A DNA stretch of 35,884 nt. It comes from an uncultured bacterium. GTDB lineage: Bacteria; Cyanobacteriota; Vampirovibrionia; Gastranaerophilales; Gastranaerophilaceae. A model generated the notes under the pieces. The model did not search any database. It saw nothing but the letters and a program-made list of their open reading frames with translations, and had not been told where the DNA came from. A program made the position numbers and the translations under genes. Each line of letters opens with the position of its first letter. The stretch's first letter is position 1. Location: positions 1-35,884 of the forward strand of contig CASGAK010000003.1 in NCBI GenBank assembly GCA_949299435.1. The letters are read 5' to 3'. This document shows positions 1 to 7,566 of the stretch, one piece after another.

Positions 1-326
1 AGACATGTGTAATGTATGTTTTCAGGAAAATCTTCAGGCATATATTTTTTTATAATTTTTAAATATGGAGTAATGTAGGTGTCTGCAAAAATTTCCGTGT
101 GATCATTTCCACCTATTTCTAGATCCCAATATTTAATCTCCCCATTTTTCAATTCGGAGAGTTTTATTGCTTGCTGCATAATTGAATAGAACTTTTTTAG
201 TTGTGTTGCTGTTTGTTTTTTTTGATAATTTCCTATCAAAGTCGGTAGTGTCATCGCTGCGACTATTCCGATAATACCAAGTGTTATCAGGACTTCAGCC
301 ATTGTAAACGCTTTTTTATTACCCAT
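1..326 (-). CDS. prepilin-type N-terminal cleavage/methylation domain protein (type IV pilin / pseudopilin-like); 3' end cut by window edge
   Basis: Absent from the ORF track because it runs off the window. Reverse-strand translation from the ATG at 326 gives MGNKKA|FTMAEVLITLGIIGIVAAMTLPTLIGNYQKKQ... This has a short basic leader, F at +1, E at +5 and a hydrophobic helix. A GAAGGGA SD lies upstream. The N-terminus is near-identical to the ORFs starting at 15262 and 26834. Confidence 0.8.
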   Translation of the reverse strand, partial: MGNKKAFTMAEVLITLGIIGIVAAMTLPTLIGNYQKKQTATQLKKFYSIMQQAIKLSELKNGEIKYWDLEIGGNDHTEIFADTYITPYLKIIKKYMPEDFPENIHYTC

Positions 327-343
327 AATTTTCCCTTCTTTAT

Positions 344-359
344 TGCCCATATATGGGCA
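344..359. promoter_or_regulatory. perfect 16-bp palindrome TGCCCATATATGGGCA (operator-like)
   Basis: Read directly. It lies between a minus-strand TATAAT (371..376) and the SD of the pilin gene. Its core CCCATATATGGG recurs at 386..397. Confidence 0.5.
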
Positions 360-385
360 GTTATAAGTTGATTATAAATTAAAAT

Positions 386-397
386 CCCATATATGGG
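386..397. promoter_or_regulatory. second copy of the 12-bp palindrome CCCATATATGGG
   Basis: Exact repeat of the core of 344..359, 40 bp away centre to centre. It overlaps the predicted -35 (394..399, minus strand) of the pilin promoter and lies 37 nt upstream of the HTH gene ATG. Confidence 0.5.
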
Positions 398-433
398 TAA
401 TTTTTGTTACAAAATTTGTGGAAATCTTTACAC

Positions 434-709
434 ATGAATGAAAGAGAAAAAATATATTGTAAAGCATTTGGGGAAGTGTTAAGAAAATTAAGGGTTGAAA
501 AAACCGGTAAAAGTGCTTTGTTGTTTTCTTATGAAAATGATATTCCAAAGTCCACTCTCACAAGAATTGAGCGGGGTGAAAATGAAGCACAGTTGATTAC
601 GCTTAAAAAAATTTCGGAAGGGTTCGGCTGGTCTTTAGCAGAATTGTTTTTTAATATTGAAAAGCGTATCCCGTATGATTTTAAAATTTTCGATGATGAG
701 CATTATTAG
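434..709 (+). CDS. XRE (Cro/C1)-family helix-turn-helix transcriptional regulator
   Basis: The track ORF 404..709 begins at a TTG; I prefer the in-frame ATG at 434 (MNEREKIY...). FGEVLRKLRVEKTGKSALLFSYENDIPKSTLTRIERGENEAQLITLKKISEGFGWSLAELF matches the HTH_3 pattern. The gene is divergent from the pilin gene. Confidence 0.8.
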   Translation: MNEREKIYCKAFGEVLRKLRVEKTGKSALLFSYENDIPKSTLTRIERGENEAQLITLKKISEGFGWSLAELFFNIEKRIPYDFKIFDDEHY

Positions 710-721
710 AGGCGAGATTTT

Positions 722-1246
722 TTATTCTGTTTTATAAATTTCTTTCAAGGTTTTTATGTCATATTTTGTTATTTTAAGGACTTTGTCTGTTGTGGGATTC
801 ATTATTGAATAAGGTTCATTTGTGTGTGGTAATCCCAGTGCATGACCTATTTCATGTCGCATAATTTTAGTCAGTTCTAAGTTTGAAAGTTTAATTTTAC
901 TTCCTTCTGCAAATTTTGCGATTTCAATTACTGCCTTTACGTAATTTTTGTTGTTATCTACTTGACTATGTGTCAGACCTACTGCCTGTTTGGAAAAATC
1001 TGATACTTTTTCTGTAAATAATACCGAAATATCTGCTTCGTTTTCATTGTCTACGTATTCAAATTCTACTGTTTTATTTGAATCAGATTCCCAATCGCCA
1101 AAAGCTCGTTTCATAAGATATGCGTTCCGATTATCTTCGATATAGACTTTTATCGGCATTTTCTGCCAGCTTCCTATTTTTTCTACGGCTTGGGCTGTTG
1201 TTGATAAAATTAATAATGTTAGTAGTGTCAGTAATGTTTTTTTCAT
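722..1246 (-). CDS. secreted zinc metalloprotease, metzincin/matrixin-like (copy 1 of 3)
   Basis: Signal peptide MKKTLLTLLTLLILSTTAQA. Zinc motif HEIGHALGLPH (HExxHxxGxxH) followed by a Met-turn SIMNP. GGAGAG SD. Confidence 0.8.
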   Translation of the reverse strand: MKKTLLTLLTLLILSTTAQAVEKIGSWQKMPIKVYIEDNRNAYLMKRAFGDWESDSNKTVEFEYVDNENEADISVLFTEKVSDFSKQAVGLTHSQVDNNKNYVKAVIEIAKFAEGSKIKLSNLELTKIMRHEIGHALGLPHTNEPYSIMNPTTDKVLKITKYDIKTLKEIYKTE

Positions 1247-1256
1247 ATTCTCTCCG

Positions 1257-1790
1257 TTAATATAATTCCATTAAGTTTTTTATATCGTGTTCTGTTATTT
1301 CTTGTCCGAGGATTATGTAAGGGTACATAATGCTTTTTTGAATTTGTGAATGTGGAAGTCCCAGTGCATGTCCTATTTCATGTTTTATTACGATATCCAA
1401 CTCTTCGGGTGTGAATTCTTTTCCTGATTTGGAATGCAGACCTATTGCAATGCTGGATTTGTAGATGTTATTTACCCCCATTTTTGCTTTAGTAAGACCT
1501 GCGGTGTTGTCTGCGAAGGTATCAACCAGATATACGGTTATGTTTGCATAGCCAGAGTGGGGTTTTGAAATAAATGCAAAGCGGACTTTTCCATCTGTTT
1601 TTTCTTCCCATTCTTGAAATCCGGCTTTTATTCTGTTGGTATGTTTATCTGTTTCGTCCAAATAGACTTTAATAGGCATTCTGCTCCAGCCACGTTCTAT
1701 TTTTTCCCACGGATTATCATTTTCAGCGTAGGTCTTTAGTGTTGTCAGTATTAATGAGATAATTAATATCAGTATTGCTTTTGTTTTCAT
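1257..1790 (-). CDS. secreted zinc metalloprotease, metzincin/matrixin-like (copy 2 of 3)
   Basis: Signal peptide, HEIGHALGLPH motif and SIMYP Met-turn. It shares W..MPIKVY with copy 1. The start overlaps the upstream stop by 4 nt. Confidence 0.8.
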   Translation of the reverse strand: MKTKAILILIISLILTTLKTYAENDNPWEKIERGWSRMPIKVYLDETDKHTNRIKAGFQEWEEKTDGKVRFAFISKPHSGYANITVYLVDTFADNTAGLTKAKMGVNNIYKSSIAIGLHSKSGKEFTPEELDIVIKHEIGHALGLPHSQIQKSIMYPYIILGQEITEHDIKNLMELY

Positions 1791-2317
1791 TTGTATATCC
1801 TGTAAATTTCGTTAATTGAATCTTGGGTAATTTTATAGCCTTCTTCTACGGTTGGTTGCATAATACTATAGGGTGTGTTAGTGTGTCCCTGAAGTCCTAT
1901 GGCATGCCCTATTTCATGCTGCATTATAAGGTACAGTAAATCAGGGGGACTTTTTTTACCGTTTTTGTCTAGAAAGCCTATGTCAATATGTGCTTTGATA
2001 AAATAATCCCCATTGTATGAAAATTTTGTAAGGGATTTAGTTTTGTTTGGTGAATAGCTTACTGTGATTTCTGCATTTTCACATGAATTAGCCGTTAAAA
2101 AATTAAAAGTTACTCTATTTTTTATCTGACTTTGCCAGGTTTTAAATGCTTTTTTCATTATTTCAGAATTTGGATTTGGAGGCAGGCAGACTAAAAGCGT
2201 TTTTTTATTCCATTTGATATCTGCTGCTTTTGTCGGTAAAATAGTTATTGCCATAATTGTCAAAATTATTGTCAACTTAAAAAATATATTAAATTTATTC
2301 AAAACACTACCTTTCAC
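1787..2317 (-). CDS. secreted zinc metalloprotease, metzincin/matrixin-like (copy 3 of 3, most divergent)
   Basis: GTG start and a hydrophobic N-terminus ending TKA|AD. HEIGHAIGLQGH motif and SIMQP Met-turn. Confidence 0.75.
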   Translation of the reverse strand: MKGSVLNKFNIFFKLTIILTIMAITILPTKAADIKWNKKTLLVCLPPNPNSEIMKKAFKTWQSQIKNRVTFNFLTANSCENAEITVSYSPNKTKSLTKFSYNGDYFIKAHIDIGFLDKNGKKSPPDLLYLIMQHEIGHAIGLQGHTNTPYSIMQPTVEEGYKITQDSINEIYRIYK

Positions 2318-2344
2318 TGTTTTTTATTGCTTTTCTTTTTTACT

Positions 2345-2641
2345 TTAAAAATGCATATCAAAGCTCGGTGGCATACCGTTCATTTTTTCATCTTCCATAC
2401 GCATTGCAGAGCCTATTGTGAAGCTTTCTGCAAAAATCTTGTTTATTTGGTAATTTATATCCCCGTTAAAGACAGGTTCACCTTCTTCTAAAAATTTGAA
2501 TAGAGGCTCTACTGGTGCTTTAGCTATGTTGCTAAGGGTGTTGCCTGCCTGTTGTAAAGTTTTTTCGCCTATTTCCGGTACCTTTACGTTCATGCCGAAA
2601 GGTTTGTATGGTCGGTTAAATGAAAATTGTGTATCCGTCAT
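2345..2641 (-). CDS. hypothetical protein, 98 aa, no signal peptide, no Cys
   Basis: Clean ORF lying 27 nt upstream of, and co-directional with, the metzincin array. I recognise no motif. Confidence 0.5.
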   Translation of the reverse strand: MTDTQFSFNRPYKPFGMNVKVPEIGEKTLQQAGNTLSNIAKAPVEPLFKFLEEGEPVFNGDINYQINKIFAESFTIGSAMRMEDEKMNGMPPSFDMHF

Positions 2642-2737
2642 TTTTCTCTACCTTAATATTTTTTATACATTTAAGGTATCGGCATATTTTTTTCATAATT
2701 CAGTTTTTTTTAACAAAAATTTACTTTTTTTAATATT

Positions 2738-4114
2738 TTATTTAAGTTTGTCTGTTTTGATTACTACTCCGCTTTCTCTTGTAAAATTTTTGACCATTTC
2801 CAGCAGAATATTTTTATCAAGATTTCTTCTATTTGTTTCTTGGATTAATTCATCAAAGTATTTTTGTTGGTTTTTGGGCGGAAAATCTATTATAAACTCG
2901 TATAAGTTTTCATCTGAGCGATTCCAGTTATCTCGGCCGCATGATAGGGCATAGTTTGATAATTCATTAGGACCAGATTTTGATTTTTGTTTTATATGCT
3001 CAATAGTTACTATTGAAGGACGTAGAATATCATAGGCTATTGCATCAGAGTCAGCAAATCTGTGCTTGGCAATAAATGCACTTGTACTTGTTTCTGAGGT
3101 TGGAAGTTTTTTTAATAAATATTTTATTTTGTTTTTTAAGGCATTATTGGGTATATTCAATGTCATTTGCGTCAGGGCTCTTTCCAGTGATTTGTTACTG
3201 AAATTAATCTTGACAGGCTGTCTGTTTATTGTCTTTATTGCCGTTTCACATAAGCTTGTTATATCTTTTCGGTTTATTACTTCTGTATATTTTTTTATTT
3301 CATTAAGTAAAAGTATTTGAAGTTCGTTTTTTGAATAGGGTTTGTTTTCTGGATCTTTTATTTCACAAAGTCTTAAAATCTCATTTACGGTCTTTTTATC
3401 AATTGGGTTAGAATTGTTAAAATTAGAGTTTGACAGTGGTTTTGTTAGGTTTATGATTTTATATGCAATAAAATCATCTTTTACTGAATTTATTAATCGT
3501 TTTATTTTATATACAAATTCATTATTATCAAAATTGTCGGGTATGTATGCTTTTTCTTCAAGTCTATATTTGGAGATTTTTATCAGCTTTTGGTAAGGGG
3601 CTATCAAATTTTGCGGAAGTTTATCTGATAATTCGTAAAGTTCGTGCAAAATGGGCATTTGTTTTTTCAAAAGTTTATTATTTGCTTTGAAATAAAGTTT
3701 TTTTATTGCTTCTGAAAGTGTTATATTAGGATATTCAAAGGATAAAACGGTAATTCGTTTAAGTACATTTTTTTCAGAAGGGTGGAGATATTCCAAATAA
3801 TTAAGCATTTCTTGAGCAAAGCTGACTATAGGAGCTGAGAAAATCCCGCTCTTTTTTAATTCATCGACTTTGCTATTGCTAAGCATTGGACGACCACAGT
3901 ATATACAATGAATTTTGCGTCTGTTAAGAAGATTTTTAAGATCACTACCGTTTTTTATTCCGGTAAAGGCTATGGGATTATTATTTGATTTAACAAACAC
4001 ATCATTTTTAGTATGCAAATTATTTGGAATCCAATTAACATAGCTGTGATTGCTGTTATAGCCTTTTTTTATATTAGTAATATTTGAAAATATATTAATT
4101 TTTGGACACTGCAT
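2738..4114 (-). CDS. hypothetical 458-aa protein with C-terminal HNH (beta-beta-alpha-Me) nuclease-like motif
   Basis: Long uninterrupted ORF. Residues 372-401, EHIKQKSKSGPNELSNYALSCGRDNWNRSD (nt 2912..3001), have H-14-N-9-N spacing. A lone CIYCG sits at residues 70-74 (CxxC = nt 3896..3907). There is no SD at the ATG. Confidence 0.6.
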   Translation of the reverse strand: MQCPKINIFSNITNIKKGYNSNHSYVNWIPNNLHTKNDVFVKSNNNPIAFTGIKNGSDLKNLLNRRKIHCIYCGRPMLSNSKVDELKKSGIFSAPIVSFAQEMLNYLEYLHPSEKNVLKRITVLSFEYPNITLSEAIKKLYFKANNKLLKKQMPILHELYELSDKLPQNLIAPYQKLIKISKYRLEEKAYIPDNFDNNEFVYKIKRLINSVKDDFIAYKIINLTKPLSNSNFNNSNPIDKKTVNEILRLCEIKDPENKPYSKNELQILLLNEIKKYTEVINRKDITSLCETAIKTINRQPVKINFSNKSLERALTQMTLNIPNNALKNKIKYLLKKLPTSETSTSAFIAKHRFADSDAIAYDILRPSIVTIEHIKQKSKSGPNELSNYALSCGRDNWNRSDENLYEFIIDFPPKNQQKYFDELIQETNRRNLDKNILLEMVKNFTRESGVVIKTDKLK

Positions 4115-4171
4115 AGATTATTAAAACTGATAAATAAAAAACTTGATATTTTGTAAAGAAAAGTAAAAATT

Positions 4172-4810
4172 CTACCCCATAGGAGGCGGCTGAATGTATA
4201 GTGGTTTTAATTTTCTCCAATCGCATTGATCAGTTTCTGATTTTTTCAATGTAAGTTCAGCTAAAGTCTCACCTATAGGTAAATTTAATGATTGATAAGA
4301 AATCCCGCCTAATATCGGATAGAGTTTATCATCGGTTAAAACTTCATAGTGTCCTGTGGTAATAATTTCTCTGACTTTATCTAACGGAACTGCACCTTTT
4401 ATTTCATTATCAAAATAGAGATAAGCCATGTTTTTTCTTGCATCAAGAGCTGTTAAGATAGGCTTGGAAGTCTGGTTTGTTTTTTGATAAGCTCTAGTTA
4501 ATATTTCTAGACTTGATACTCCTATAGCTTTTATATCAAGTTGTTGAGCCATTACTCTTGCGGTTGTAGTACAGGCTCTTATACCTGTAAAACTTCCAGG
4601 ACCTATATTTATTCCTATTAAAGAGATATCCTTTGGCTTGATGTTATTTTGGTTAAGTGTTTTTTCCAAGGTCGAAATTAAAAAAGCACTGTGATACTTT
4701 GAATCGTGATTTTCAATTACTTCAGAAGATAGAATTTCTTCGTTTTTTTGAAGCACCATATACATTTTATCCAAGCAGGTATCAAAACATAGAATATATT
4801 TATCCGTCAT
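4172..4810 (-). CDS. tsaB: tRNA threonylcarbamoyladenosine (t6A) biosynthesis protein TsaB
   Basis: GPGSFTGIRACTTTARVMAQ motif, a length of about 212 aa, and a position immediately after tsaE with an 11-nt overlap. Confidence 0.85.
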   Translation of the reverse strand: MTDKYILCFDTCLDKMYMVLQKNEEILSSEVIENHDSKYHSAFLISTLEKTLNQNNIKPKDISLIGINIGPGSFTGIRACTTTARVMAQQLDIKAIGVSSLEILTRAYQKTNQTSKPILTALDARKNMAYLYFDNEIKGAVPLDKVREIITTGHYEVLTDDKLYPILGGISYQSLNLPIGETLAELTLKKSETDQCDWRKLKPLYIQPPPMG

Positions 4811-5279
4811 TTTTTAAGCCTTCCGTAATTTTTATATTATCATCTCCGAATGCTTCAAAAGAGTATTTTCTGGAGTCGTCATCCTCGTAACTTACGTTAA
4901 TTTTAATATGATTAAAAGGAATTTCATCTTGAGAAAACTCTGCCCATTCCACAAAAGTAAGTCTTTTCCCCTCGCTGTACTCCCGAAGCTCATCAAGAAT
5001 TGTTTTTACCCCTTCGTTTTCTAATCTGTATAAATCAAAATGATAGATAGGTATTCTCGCGGTATGGTATTCGTTAAGTATTACAAAACTTGGACTTGTT
5101 ACTTTTTCTTTTACATCAAGAGCTTCTGCTACTAATTTTACAAAGGCTGTTTTGCCAGCACCAATTTCTCCGTAAAGACTTACAAAACAACCGTTTTGGG
5201 TAAGGTTAGCAAAACGGTATGCTAAATCTTTAGTATCTTCAAGTGTATTACAAATTTTTTCATAAGTATTGTTGTTCAT
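4800..5279 (-). CDS. tsaE: tRNA t6A biosynthesis ATPase TsaE
   Basis: P-loop GEIGAGKT, plus SPSFVILNEY and HFDLYRL motifs. The track start at 5282 is a TTG; the ATG at 5279 is preferred. Confidence 0.9.
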   Translation of the reverse strand: MNNNTYEKICNTLEDTKDLAYRFANLTQNGCFVSLYGEIGAGKTAFVKLVAEALDVKEKVTSPSFVILNEYHTARIPIYHFDLYRLENEGVKTILDELREYSEGKRLTFVEWAEFSQDEIPFNHIKINVSYEDDDSRKYSFEAFGDDNIKITEGLKNDG

Positions 5280-6630
5280 CAATTTTCACTACTACCTTAT
5301 TTCTTCCTGTCTCTTTAGCTTTGTATAGTGCCATGTCGGCATTTTTAAGCAAATCCTGAGCGGTATTAGAATCTTTAAATTCATAGATACCCAAACTTAT
5401 TGTAGCATTAATAATTTTATTTTGTATTTGCTGATTAACTTTTGATAAGTCAATTTTTTTATTTTCGACAGATTGACGAAGTCTTTCAGCGACCATTATC
5501 GCTTCTTCTGTTCTTGTAAACGGAAGTAATATCGCAAATTCCTCGCCTCCGTATCTACCGGCTATATCATATTCTCTTAATTGAGAACGCATTGTCTTTG
5601 ATACCGTTTTTAAAACTAAATCTCCCGCAGCATGACCATAGAGATCGTTAATTCTTTTGAAAAAATCTATATCAATCATGATTGCACACAATGGAGTTTT
5701 TTGACGTTTTGCTTTTGATGTTTCCTGTTTTATCCGCTCTTCCAATTGCCGTCTGTTGTAAAATCCGGTTAAAGCATCAAGTGTTGCATGTTTAAGTATT
5801 TCAGCATATACATTTGCTCTGTTTATTGTAGCGGAAGATTGTTTTGCAAGTTGCTTTAGATAATTAATATCCGTATCATCAAGTTCTTCTAATTCCATGT
5901 TTTTGGCTGCAATACAGCCTAAAATTTTGTTCTCGTTTACCAGTGGAAAAATCCCTGTTTTTCCGTTTGCAATTATTCTGCATTCATCTTTTTCAAAAGG
6001 TATATTTATTGTATTTATTATATTTTTGTCGTTACAATTTGCAGGCCACAAAAGTTCAAATTTTCCCTCGTTCTTTACGAATATGTATATAAGACAATTT
6101 GTCATAAATTTATCTAACATCTCACCGATTAGGGGTATAATATAGTTTAGTTCGTATTGGGTTTCTATAATTTTTGCGATATTCCTTATCAGTTCGTGAA
6201 AGTCAATGTTCTTTTGCATACTCTCAGCCAGTAGTATGTTTTGAATTTTTAAAGAAATTATAAATGTTGCAAGTTTTAAAAATTCGATAAGGTTTTCATA
6301 TGTAATACCCGTAAATTTTAAAAATCCCCAGCATTTATTCTGTCTGTATAGTCCATATTTTAATTCGTTATTAGAAATTATTACCTTTGTGTCAGCAAGA
6401 AGAGTGAAATAATCAAGCAATTTTTTATCTGCTGTTTTATCATTGATGTCAATTTTAGACCACTCTTTAGCAAAATCTTTTAAAATTTTATGTTTTTCGT
6501 CATATATGTAAATTGACAGATTAGTAATTTTGAAGTTTTTTATAAAAAAATCTCTTAATACGCTTATTGTAGTTTCCTCATTATAAGCATTATCAAGAGA
6601 TTTTGATAAATTTTCAAATAATTCTAACAT
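5260..6630 (-). CDS. diguanylate cyclase (GGDEF domain) with N-terminal sensory region (possibly GAF)
   Basis: DALTGFYNRR, DIDFFKRINDLYGHAAGD and RYGGEEF active-site motifs, with an I-site-like REYD five residues upstream, and ADMALYKAKETGRN. The roughly 270-aa N-terminal domain is unassigned. Confidence 0.9.
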   Translation of the reverse strand: MLELFENLSKSLDNAYNEETTISVLRDFFIKNFKITNLSIYIYDEKHKILKDFAKEWSKIDINDKTADKKLLDYFTLLADTKVIISNNELKYGLYRQNKCWGFLKFTGITYENLIEFLKLATFIISLKIQNILLAESMQKNIDFHELIRNIAKIIETQYELNYIIPLIGEMLDKFMTNCLIYIFVKNEGKFELLWPANCNDKNIINTINIPFEKDECRIIANGKTGIFPLVNENKILGCIAAKNMELEELDDTDINYLKQLAKQSSATINRANVYAEILKHATLDALTGFYNRRQLEERIKQETSKAKRQKTPLCAIMIDIDFFKRINDLYGHAAGDLVLKTVSKTMRSQLREYDIAGRYGGEEFAILLPFTRTEEAIMVAERLRQSVENKKIDLSKVNQQIQNKIINATISLGIYEFKDSNTAQDLLKNADMALYKAKETGRNKVVVKIDEQQYL

Positions 6631-7379
6631 TAGCCCTCAAGTTTTTGAAGAATTTCATCAGAAATGTCAAAGTTTGCATAAACATTTTGTACATCATCGT
6701 GCTCTTCAATTTTTTCAAGTAACTTTAATATTTGTTCAGCAGTTTTTTCATCTGAAATTTCAACGGTATTTTGCGGTATTCTGGTAAGCTCTGCTCTGAT
6801 GCTTTTGAAACCTTCTTTTTCTAGACCTTCAACTACGTTTTGAAAATTTTCGACGGTTGTCAGTACCTTATATTCATTGTCTTCTTCTGTAATATCCAGT
6901 GCATCAAGGCTTATAGCTGATTCAAAAAGTTTTTCAAAATCAACACTATCATCAAAAGTAATTACACCTCTAGGATCGAACATCCAACCGACACAGCCTG
7001 TAGCTCCTAAACTGCCGTTATATTTTGTAAAGAAACTTCTTATATCACCTGCTGTACGATTTCTGTTATCGGTCATAGCCTCAATTACGACAGCCACACC
7101 CCCTGGAGCATATCCTTCATAAATTAATTCTTCATAGTTATCTGCTGCGTTTGAGCCAGCTCCTTTTTCGATGGCTCTTTTAATATTATCATTAGGCAGT
7201 CCAGCTGCTTTTGCTTGCTCAATTGCCGTTCTTAATCTGAAATTACCTGCAGGGTCGGCTCCGCCTAATCTCGCTGATACTATTAATTCTCTTGAATATT
7301 TTTGAAATACAACAGCTCTTTGACTGTCTACTTTTGCTTTTTTGCGTTTAATTGTTGACCACTTTGAGTGTCCTGACAT
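6630..7379 (-). CDS. YebC/PmpR-family DNA-binding transcriptional regulator
   Basis: N-terminus MSGHSKWSTIKRKKA. The ATG at 7379 is preceded by GGAGG plus 5 nt; the track start at 7391 is a TTG lying inside that SD. Confidence 0.9.
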   Translation of the reverse strand: MSGHSKWSTIKRKKAKVDSQRAVVFQKYSRELIVSARLGGADPAGNFRLRTAIEQAKAAGLPNDNIKRAIEKGAGSNAADNYEELIYEGYAPGGVAVVIEAMTDNRNRTAGDIRSFFTKYNGSLGATGCVGWMFDPRGVITFDDSVDFEKLFESAISLDALDITEEDNEYKVLTTVENFQNVVEGLEKEGFKSIRAELTRIPQNTVEISDEKTAEQILKLLEKIEEHDDVQNVYANFDISDEILQKLEG

Positions 7380-7503
7380 TTTTTCCTCCAAATCTGTATT
7401 TTTCTATATCTAAATAATACCAAAAAATTATTAAACCTCAAGCCTTTGTTTCGGGCAAAAATAATTTTTGTAAAAGCTGTAAAATTTATTATTCAAGAAA
7501 TTC

Positions 7504-7531
7504 TTTACATTAATTTTTTAGCAAATACAAT
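7504..7531 (+). promoter_or_regulatory. candidate sigma-70-type promoter for glyS (TTTACA-16 nt-TACAAT)
   Basis: Hexamers read directly; 35 nt upstream of the glyS ATG. Confidence 0.3.
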
Positions 7532-7566
7532 ATCAGTTAGTTAAATTATATATTTGAAGGCGAAAT

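Noticed and set aside
216-223. T8 (A8 in the coding sense) homopolymer inside the first pilin gene, considered as a slipped-strand phase-variation tract.
   Set aside because: Runs of 8-9 A or T occur repeatedly throughout this AT-rich window (for example 9663..9670, 12063..12071 and 29490..29498), so this one is not distinctive.
2496-3596. Track ORFs 2496..2954, 3066..3320 and 3342..3596 on the plus strand.
   Set aside because: They lie antisense to, and wholly inside, the much longer 458-aa and 98-aa minus-strand genes. Their F/L/I/S-rich low-complexity translations are typical of the antisense frame of AT-rich coding DNA, and they have no SDs. The same reasoning applies to 4657..4890, 5897..6145, 6877..7122, 10303..10536, 12231..12446, 12477..12695, 13080..13292, 13239..13445, 14685..14888, 15595..15819, 16249..16458, 16679..16891, 18914..19111, 19999..20322, 22471..22731, 24275..24460, 24650..24874, 26253..26468, 30994..31182, 31251..31466, 32511..32753, 33389..33625, 34362..34556 and 34553..34756.
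7392-7566. Possible T-box or other leader RNA upstream of glyS.
   Set aside because: The region is only 175 nt, is shared with a divergent gene, is very AT-rich, and shows no conserved T-box or specifier-loop features.
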